Of a stretch of DNA of 18,760 bases, positions 11,132 to 18,760 are shown piece by piece (position 1 is the stretch's first letter; each line of letters opens with the position of its first letter). The stretch is from Azolla caroliniana (taxonomy: Eukaryota; Plantae; Polypodiophyta): NCBI GenBank assembly GCA_043228905.1, contig JBHGNT010000631.1:1-18760 (forward strand). The letters run 5' to 3'. Position numbers and translations under genes: made by a program. The notes under the pieces are model-generated. The model had not been told where the DNA came from and ran no database searches. It saw only the letters and a program-made list of their open reading frames with translations.

Positions 11132-11403
11132 ATGTTCATTCCTATTTCATTCATTCCCCATAAGGGGTTAAATAGTACAAGAGGGGGTAGATACATAGGG
11201 GTGTAAGCCCCCTCGAGCATTCATACTGGACACTCACTCACACCTCCTCGTATCCATCCACATGCACACACGTGTGCATGTGTTCACATACGTATAGACT
11301 CACGATTACATTTATGCCCCCTACACACACACAACAATCATCATGATAACATTTGACCCTCGCTCATCACATTGACTCTCTGTACATCTCGTACGGGGTA
11401 ACA
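11042..11403 (-). mobile_element. LTR-like segment (solo or degenerate LTR); left boundary uncertain
   Basis: The minus strand starts TGTTACCCC at 11403, then has TATA-like CTATTTAA, AATGAATGAAAT and a (CT)n tract, the usual U3-R-U5 order. No intact ...CA end or TSD was found. Confidence 0.45.
11075..11126. repeat. (AG)26 microsatellite
   Basis: Read directly. Confidence 0.96.
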
Positions 11404-11627
11404 GTTCTTAGTGTTTGTTCTTCTTGTTCTCATGCATACCTTGAGACCGATTCTCTAGCAAGCACCATTACATGCTGGTGAATTCAATGAGAGGTTCGGC
11501 AAGCTCGCACATTGGTCGTTCGAAGGGAGGATGGAGTGGCCTGAGAACACTACTTTGATTCGAGGCATTGTAGTTGTCGAAGGTAGTCACGGTCTTGACG
11601 GCCCACTCGACTCACCTACTCCGAGAG

Positions 11628-11894
11628 TTTCAGATGGCATAGGGAGCATATCTCCAACATTTGCTACTTGGTCATCAGAAATGTGTTGATACTCGGTCAT
11701 CAGAAAAGTGCCATTAGCTTTCCAAATTTGATATGCAGGTTATAAAGGTGTTGTAGTAATTCATCCAACCTCAACTTACAAGCTATCTTTGAGGAGAAGT
11801 ATGAAAAAATTCTCTTTGGATTTAGTGTCACTTGATATACTTGAATGGAGTTGCTTTCTTCCATGCTACTTAAATCGCCAAATAATAACCCTCT
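11628..11894 (+). pseudogene. 267-bp pseudogenised duplicate of RDR coding sequence 6039-6305
   Basis: Ungapped alignment at offset 5589 with about 35 mismatches by manual count (~87% identity). Covers the SDGIG to LNRQIITL region; in-frame stops at 11687 (GGA>TGA) and 11729 (CGA>TGA). Confidence 0.95.
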
Positions 11895-12505
11895 AAGGTA
11901 TGCATCATAATGTGCAGGGTTGGGTTTATTACGGAGCAAACCAGGTAAGACTTGCTTCCATGCCGAAAAGGCAGTTTGAATAAATTTGTCCTCCCGTTGA
12001 TGGGATGAAGGTACTCTGAACCCTTCCCTAAATATCCAATTTACATCCTTCAACCAAGGTGGTGCACCTAAGCGAGGAAAGCATTCCAAACAATGGTCAA
12101 GCAACACTACTTTCCATATCTCCAGCTCGGAGTGAATCTTCTAATAATCAACTTAATGTCAATAATGCTTTTGGCTTGTCTACTGGATCAATAATGATAC
12201 CTAGGTCCTCAATCTGAGTGAGGTAAGGTAAATAACATTCCATTTTACTTTGGACCAAGCATTGGCCGCCCTCCCATTTTATGGGACCACAAGAACTTTC
12301 AAATCAATCTCCATATATATGCAAGAGGATGCGTGGCTTGCGGAAAAGATCTAACAACATGATAGAACATAACATACCATGGTGTGTTGCCAACAATACT
12401 TGGTTGTCAACTACAATTTGTCCGGTGAAAGACAAGATTGGGCTGAACTCTTCGTAATAACAAACTTTTTCGGTAATGTCAATAAGAGGGAGGTGCCACT
12501 TGATT
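11895..12505 (-). mobile_element. Degenerate LINE-1-like ORF2 fragment (region downstream of the RT domain)
   Basis: Minus-strand frames give LSFTGQIVVDNQVLLAT (~12435-12385), KFLWS (~12298-12284), AWSKVKWNVI (~12260-12231) and LGIIIDP (~12205-12184). These resemble the L1 LSxAGRxxxxNxVL / FLW / KVxW / GGLGI motifs, with frameshifts. Confidence 0.75.
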
Positions 12506-12523
12506 TTCTACTGATAAATCAAT

Positions 12524-12852
12524 ACCTATTATTTAGTTTATTGGAAAAAAATAAATAAAAAAATACATACATATTATTCAGTATTTTGGAAAAAAATAAA
12601 AAAAGAAGACATATTATTCAGTTTTTTGGAAAAATAAAAATAAAAATACATACATATTATTCATTTTTTGGAAACCTATTATTCAGATTTTTGGAAAAAA
12701 CAAACAAACATATTATTCAGTTTTTTTGGTAAAAGATAAAAAAAAATACAGTTTTTTGGAAAAAAATAAATACAAAAAATACAAACATATTATTCAGTTT
12801 TTTGGTAAAAGATAAATAAAAAATTAACCTTATTATTCAGATTTTTGGGATT
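12524..12852. repeat. AT-rich minisatellite, ~9 units with core CATATTATTCAGTTTTTTGGAAAAAA
   Basis: The core recurs with variable A-rich spacers (units about 22-46 bp). Confidence 0.88.
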
Positions 12853-12889
12853 TTTTTATTTTTTATTTTATTTTACCTATTATGTATTC

Positions 12890-13260
12890 ATTTGGTTTTT
12901 TTCTTTGGTTCCATAGCTCTTCATCTTCTTCTTCTTCTTCTTCTTCTGTGCTCTCTTTTTTGTTCTGAAGTTTTGTGAACCTTCCGCGTTCTTCCTCCAT
13001 TCTCTGCAATTCGACCGGATCTTCCCTCGAAGAGCAGGAAATCAGTTCCGATACTCGACGGCAACATCCTGCTGCTTTCTTGGCTTCCATCGCTCCCTTC
13101 TCCCAATTCCTGTGAGCTCTGCGACTACTGCTGTTACTGCTGTTCAGAAGGCTGTTTTTTGCCGTAATTCTATTCTTCCATATCTGTTCCCTTCCTGGCA
13201 TAACCGCAGAAACGAAATTCGAGCGGAGATAGAGACCGAGAGACTTCACCTTATCTTCAG
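12890..13260 (+). other. Probable non-coding first exon (5'UTR) of the copine gene
   Basis: CT/TTC-rich, CpG-retaining segment ending in CAG|GTTCAC at 13261; matching acceptor TTTGCAG ends at 14453, just upstream of the ATG. The TSS position is a guess. Confidence 0.55.
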
Positions 13261-13399
13261 GTTCACACACTTTATACCGTTCTACCTACTCAAAGGGATA
13301 TTTCTTAACGGTTTCTTTGCCTCATTTTGTGCAATGTAGCATAACGTGTGCACACACTTGCTCTTTTTTGATGTAAAGATGCATGGATAGAAGATCAAG

Positions 13400-14453
13400 A
13401 ATTTGCCTTACAGCTGGAAGGACCAAGATTTGGAGTAGAATCTCTAGCTCATTTTCTGGAAATGCATGAATATAGAGATGTTTTTGGCTGTAAATGCCCT
13501 GGAGTGAAATATCATCAAGGTCTTACCATATAATTGAATTTAATGTATATTTATGGAAGGGAATGTATATGCTGGTTTTCTTTACTGTAGATAGTAACGG
13601 ATAAAGGATTACAGGCTTTTGTTTTACCATATAGTTAAAAGGATCGACATTTCGATTAAAACCTTTGCTATTTGACAGAAAATGCAAGGATATATTGTTT
13701 TTTTTAATTGGATGAGAGTTCAAAATATTGCCATATTGTTGAAGAACCAAGATTAGGACTAGAACCTTACTTTTTTTGCAGAAAGGCACGCATATACTGG
13801 CTAATTTGGATGTAAAGTTTTAAGGGGAATGGCTAGAAGATAAAGTTTTGCAGTTTCGATTGAGGAACAGAGATTTTGCATCTTAGGTACGGATATAGTG
13901 ATTGTTCTTGCTTTGAAAAGGAATGGATAGAATGACCCTTCTATCACATAGTTGAAGAAAGTTTTAGCTGGTACGCCGTCTTTTTTGCAGAAAAACATGC
14001 TCCCACTGGTTTTTTGGCTGTTAATAAGCATTGATAGAAGATTGCATTTTACTATATAGTTGAATAAAGATCAAGAAGCATCTTAGCACTTTTGCAGAAA
14101 GGTGTGCATAGATTGGTTCGGTTGCACCTTATAGTTGAAGAACTAAGTTTTTTCGAGTACTTGCCTCTTTTGCATGCATATGATGGGTTGTTTTTGCAAA
14201 AACAGGATTTGATAGAAGATTGAGATTTTTTTGTATTACTGAAAAAGGATTATTTTTTATAGCATCTCAGATCTGATGTAGAAACGTATATGGTAATGAA
14301 TAAGGGTCATGAATTTTCCATATAGTTGAAGGATCCTGATTTTGACTAGCATCTTGGATCTTTTACTGAAATGCACACATTTATAGGTAGATGAAGATTT
14401 TATGATATAGTTTAAAAACTAAGATTATGAATGTCGTCTTCACTCATTTGCAG
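13400..14453. repeat. Degenerate ~80-110-bp repeat array inside the putative 5'UTR intron
   Basis: Recurring module ATATAGTTGAAG..A..AAGATT...TAG....TTTTGCAGAAA.GCA.GCATAT near 13410, 13629, 13732, 13947, 14054, 14129, 14320 and 14405. Confidence 0.65.
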
Positions 14454-14531
14454 GAACAGAGCCGATTGTGATTTTTTCTGCATAATATGACCTGCTTCGA
14501 ACAAACGCAATAATCTCACCACAAAAAAAAC

Positions 14532-14663
14532 ATGGGGGTATGCTTTTCTAACACAGTAGATGGGAGGAATTCAATTGGAGGTATTGAAGATCAAAATGGA
14601 GGGGGTACTTTGGAAGCTGTACAGATACTACATGGTGCCCGTCGCTTGTCATCACAACTTGAA
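14532..14663 (+). CDS. BON3: Copine / BONZAI-like Ca2+-dependent phospholipid-binding protein, coding exon 1
   Basis: MGVCFS N-acylation motif...LSSQLE, comparable to plant BON MGxCxS...LFSQIE; donor GAA|GTAAGT at 14664. The BON paralog assignment is tentative. Confidence 0.85.
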
Positions 14664-16691
14664 GTAAGTACTACTTCTTTATATATTTTGCACACACGTT
14701 ACAATTCTCTCTTAACATAGGTGAGTATGGAATAATCTGGGTTTTATGTCCCCTTATCGAATCCACAACCTGCACATAACACATGACACATGACACATGA
14801 CACAGGTTCAAAGTTTACATTTAGTTGAGTGTTGTCAGAGGTAAGATCCCCAGCCACATAATTTTCACCTTCAAGATGAAAAGAAATGGTATAGTTTTTA
14901 TATTCTACAGACAAAAATCTGTCTTACTAAACATGCCTAAAATAATCTCTAGAAGCCGTATTGACATTAAACAGAAGTTGAAACTTTATGGTGCCGCCAA
15001 ACAGAAAGTTCGAGCTGTGAAACCATATGATCTCTCAGTTTCCAGCTATGGTACATATCAGAAAACATAATTGTGTTCAGCGGCGGTTTCTGGAGATTTA
15101 GTTCTTGAACCACATATGCACAGGCCATTATCAAACAAAATCTGAACGCCGTGACCATCTAGATCTCGATCAACATTCATGGGATGAAGTTGGCAAATGT
15201 GTTTGGTCTAAGACAACAATGAGGTGTAGGTGCATTCAATTGATGAATATTTTAATTCCTAGACCACATGTGAAAAAGATAATTTATGATTAGATCTGTT
15301 ACTAAACAAAATCCAAGTGGTTTGACCATTTATATATCCATTGACATTCATGAGATCAAGCAGAAAAACCAGGTTTGATCAAAGAAAACTATGGCATCTA
15401 TGTTTTCACTTGATGAATTTCTGAAATTAACATGAGCAGACTTTAATTTTCCGTAATGTGTTCAGAAGTTCCTGTGGTATAAGGCCCCTTCTTACATAGA
15501 AAATCCTTGTCACCATGGAAATGATCTTTGATGACAGCTGAAACATCATTTTTCTTCCAATCCTCCCCTTGGAATTTGGTTTGTTTATTTCTGAGATGCT
15601 TCTGTGGACTGACTTAAAGCTGTGCGAATGCTGCACAGTGGGATGCTTATTCCCCTGTTTGAATGCTATGCAAAACTATCGTTTTAACCATATTTATAAG
15701 TATCCGTCAATGAGTCCACGGGATTGCACAAATCCTCATTTTGGTATTTGGCAGCAATCCGCTCAAGTATAATATATTCACAACTATTTTAGGGTTTTCC
15801 AAGGCAATTGTTTTATGAAGGGAATCAAGGTTTTCCATGCCCATGTCTAATTTAAATAGATTTTGAAACATTCAATTCTTTCTGCTTGCACAAGACATGC
15901 ACGAGTAATAGATTGCGATTTCTCGAAACTATACTCATACATATGCAGTGAATGTGGATATCTGACTGACTCACCTTCCAACCATAGAGCCAATACAGGT
16001 TCATTCCAATCTAGGAGCTAGCAGTTGGTCTCTATTTTTACGAGATTACCTAACCTCTCTTTAATAACGAGCACTAGTGCATGTTGAAAGTCACTGTGCG
16101 CCTCTGATACTGCTATGATATACGCACCAAACCTCACAATATTCAATCATAGAATTAGTATTTCTTTATAGGTTTTATGATTTAGGGCTCATGGGCTACT
16201 TACTGATACTCGTTACTGTCAAAGGTGGACACTGATCACGGTGATGAACTCCGCAAAATTTTGCATTTTGATAGCAGACGTAGGTTTTCGAATATATCAG
16301 GGTACATAACCAGCAAGTGAAAGACTATGCCAAGTTTAGCATACAACTTTGAATATCATAAAGAAGAAGGAAGATTCTGATATTCTTTACAGATTTTAGG
16401 AAGGTTTATGCCTAAAACTGTTGAAACTTAAAGGTTTAGTTTAGTTTGGGATTTACTGTGATGATGATCATTCTGAGGTATGATGCAAAATTGGTGCATA
16501 AATTTCAGAACAAACCAAGGCTGTAAACCATGCATTTAGCCAATGCTTGAGCTATTATGGTATGATGTCATGCTTCTTTTCAAGTATAGCAGTTCCACTC
16601 ACAGGTGTTAAGCATTCTGATGTATTTCTCTGGTTATATTTTCCTGTTTGATAAGCACACGTTCTTTACTGATTAGTTCCTTCTTATGCAG

Positions 16692-16739
16692 TTGTCGATA
16701 TCTGCCTCCAAGTTGCGGGACAGAGATGTCATGTCAAAG
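16692..16739 (+). CDS. BON3: Copine coding exon 2 (start of C2A)
   Basis: TGCAG acceptor; LSISASKLRDRDVMSK; donor AAG|GTAAAT. Confidence 0.92.
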
Positions 16740-16856
16740 GTAAATGCATTCAGAAAAGAACATATTAATATAAAAGAGTGTTGTATTGATGTTGTCAGAA
16801 AAAAACCTTGTTTTATGTAAAATATATAAATATTAAGTGGATTGCCAAATGTACAG

Positions 16857-17005
16857 AGTGATCCTATGGCTGTCGCATATCTTAAAAGAATTAATGGAAC
16901 TTTGGAGGAGCTTGGCAGAACAGAAGTCTGTTTGAATTCCTTGGATCCTAGTTGGGTTACGAAGATACGGGTTTTGTACTGTTTCGAAGAACTTCAGGTG
17001 TTGCT
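16857..17005 (+). CDS. BON3: Copine coding exon 3 (C2A)
   Basis: TACAG acceptor; SDPMAVAYLKRINGTLEELGRTEVCLNSLDPSWVTKIRVLYCFEELQVL; phase-2 donor CT|GTACGT. Confidence 0.93.
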
Positions 17006-17101
17006 GTACGTGACATGAAAATCTCTTCAGATTTCCAATAATTCTATCACTATCTGTTTCCTATGCCTTACTTTTTTTTTTTTCTTTTTTGTTTGACACA
17101 G

Positions 17102-17150
17102 GTTTAGAGTTTATGACGTGGATACAAATTTCAAGGATGTTCAAACTAAG
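17102..17150 (+). CDS. BON3: Copine coding exon 4 (C2A); gene continues beyond the window
   Basis: Long T-tract and CACAG acceptor; (L)FRVYDVDTNFKDVQTK; donor AAG|GTGATA. No further copine exon was recognised before 18760. Confidence 0.92.
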
Positions 17151-17204
17151 GTGATAAGATGGCTGATTTTGAATATCATTGGATGGTACCACTATCCCTC
17201 CTAC

Positions 17205-17519
17205 TAGGAATCGGCAACGGTTCGGTTTTGGCTTGGCCTTGTCCAAACCAAACCGGTTTGAGAGTTTTCAAACTTGAACCGGACCAGTTAAGGCTAAGCG
17301 GTTTGGCCAAATTGGTTAACTCTAAACCAGTTTAGTAACTGGTTTGTCCTAACGGTTTAAGCCTTACCCGGTTTAGGAACCGGGTTGGCCCTAAACGGTT
17401 CGGTGCGGCTTGAGCCTTGCCAAACCAAACTCAAACCGGTTAAGGAGGCTCAAGCCTAACCGTTTATAAATGGTGTAACAGTTTGGTTTAGGCTTGAGTT
17501 GAGCCGTTGCCGATTCCTA
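17205..17519. mobile_element. Non-autonomous hAT-type MITE (315 bp)
   Basis: Perfect 16-bp TIR TAGGAATCGGCAACGG / CCGTTGCCGATTCCTA; 8-bp TSD CCTCCTAC (17197-17204) / CCTCCTAT (17520-17527); many internal AAACCG/CGGTT motifs. Confidence 0.92.
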
Positions 17520-17552
17520 CCTCCTATGTATGAAAATCTGTGTATGATGCGT

Positions 17553-17719
17553 AGGAAATATTAAAGGACTATGGCTATTCTGTTTCGTTGAGTAGCCAGA
17601 AATTTGCACTAATATTTTCATTTATTTATCATTGATGTTTATTGATTTATCTCAAGGAAGTATTAAGGACTATGGCTATTCTGTTTCCTTGAGTAGACAA
17701 AAGTTTGTGCACTAATATT
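17553..17719. repeat. ~64-bp imperfect direct duplication (17553-17616 and 17655-17719)
   Basis: Shared core AAGGACTATGGCTATTCTGTTTC.TTGAGTAG...TGCACTAATATT. Confidence 0.88.
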
Positions 17720-18760
17720 ATCACAGGAAATGAAAGCAGCTGGTTGACGCACTATTTGTGTTACAGCGTAACCGTGATAATCTTATCCCTGTTGATCATC
17801 AAGCCTGTTATTACACTGGCTTCGGGATAGTTCTATACTGACTCAATTTCTTGTATCATCAAGCCCAATACCAAACTAGTAATGTACATGCCTTCCGTTT
17901 TTATATCATTAATATTTTCTCAGTTCTTAGTGATTAGTAAATTGTCAGTTATCTTAAGGTTGGTCCCCATGCCTGTCAAAATTTCGTGCGTCTTCTCAAC
18001 TTTTGCATAAAGTTATTTGACTCTCTTACATGCATTCAAAGGATGATCGAAGAATATAAAGAACTGTTTGATATTAAGATGACCATAATCTCCTTCCACA
18101 CGTCCTTTAGCTCTTCTTTGGGGTTGATTTTTGTTACTTGCATTGACGAGTTAACACAACCAGTCTTATCTTTAATGGGTTTAATAGGCCAGTATGGTAT
18201 TTTGGAAGTGCTATTATCTTTCTTTCTCTACTTTTTATGCAGTCAAAATAAAACTCTGTTTAGCCCCTCTGCATTAATGTAGATTGTCAAAGGTTTTATC
18301 AAAGTTCAGAGTCCTAAATTGCTCTAGCTACGGCAACAATGGTGGTAAAGCTTTGTTGGTCTTTAAAAGCCATTTACTCAACTTGGATTCAGGATTAAAG
18401 TATATCTTAGCCGTGTTCAATTATAAAAATATACTATTAGAATACCTAAATTTTCTATTAAAATGGTTTATAATCAGTGGCCTTGCAGTATGCTGTGATA
18501 TGCATGTAATGCCATGTTAAACTAATTGGAATACTTATGAGACTGAAAGTGAAGTTATATTCTGAATATGTTTTGTATTTATATCTAATGCTTGTTTCGT
18601 TTTAAATGCTATTTATATCTAATATATATGCATAAATCTTTGATCGATACAGCTAGTTTAATTCACGCATGTCTAATATAATAAGTCCAACTCCTTGATA
18701 GTTTGATGTTTAACATTTGGCTTCAAATATTAGGCTGTTCCGTTATTCTTAATTTTTGCT

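Noticed and set aside
11404-11627. Possible copia linker remnant (RR*SRS*RPTRLTY)
   Set aside because: Too short and degenerate to assign.
11700-12107. 135-aa minus-strand ORF as a gene
   Set aside because: Chimera of LINE remnant and antisense RDR copy with a non-ATG start.
12524-12852. CRISPR-like repeat-spacer appearance
   Set aside because: Spacers are A-rich, similar to one another and variable in length; eukaryotic context with no cas genes.
12863-13339. ORFs over the putative copine first exon (Glu/Ser-rich 135 aa and others)
   Set aside because: Explained by TTC/CTG low-complexity UTR sequence; no recognisable domain.
14773-14804. (CACATGA)n short repeat resembling the (CACATAG)n heptamer at 1386
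   Set aside because: Only 3-4 copies; the similarity is probably coincidental.
17727-18760. Candidate copine exon 5 and ORFs 17986-18282 and 18284-18520
   Set aside because: The acceptors I checked (CACAG ~17726, TGCAG ~18242) lead to early phase-0 stops, and no QDFLGE-like peptide was seen; treated as intron.

Overview
Eukaryotic land-plant genomic DNA (GT-AG introns, microsatellites, retroelement debris; a seed-free plant such as a fern is plausible but only inferred). From left to right: (1) the 3' end of a Ty3/Gypsy chromovirus, with integrase C-terminus plus chromodomain, polypurine tract and a complete 643-bp 3' LTR (503-1145). (2) An intact + strand RNA-dependent RNA polymerase gene of the RDR1/RDR2 type (N-terminal RRM, DLDGD motif, about 1150 aa after splicing; exons about 2213-2247?, 3067/3035-3586, 4916-6798, 6994-7144, 8184-9047). 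(3) An intergenic patchwork containing a decayed coiled-coil ORF, an LTR-like segment, a 267-bp pseudogenised copy of part of the RDR gene fused directly to an oppositely oriented LINE-1 remnant, and an AT-rich minisatellite. (4) The 5' part of a copine/BONZAI gene (exons 14532-14663, 16692-16739, 16857-17005, 17102-17150; it continues beyond the window), with a repeat-built 5'UTR intron, a uORF and an intronic hAT-type MITE. The most intriguing item is the TE-embedded RDR exon copy, a possible source of antisense RNA or siRNA against the silencing polymerase itself. That function is a hypothesis and is not shown by the sequence.
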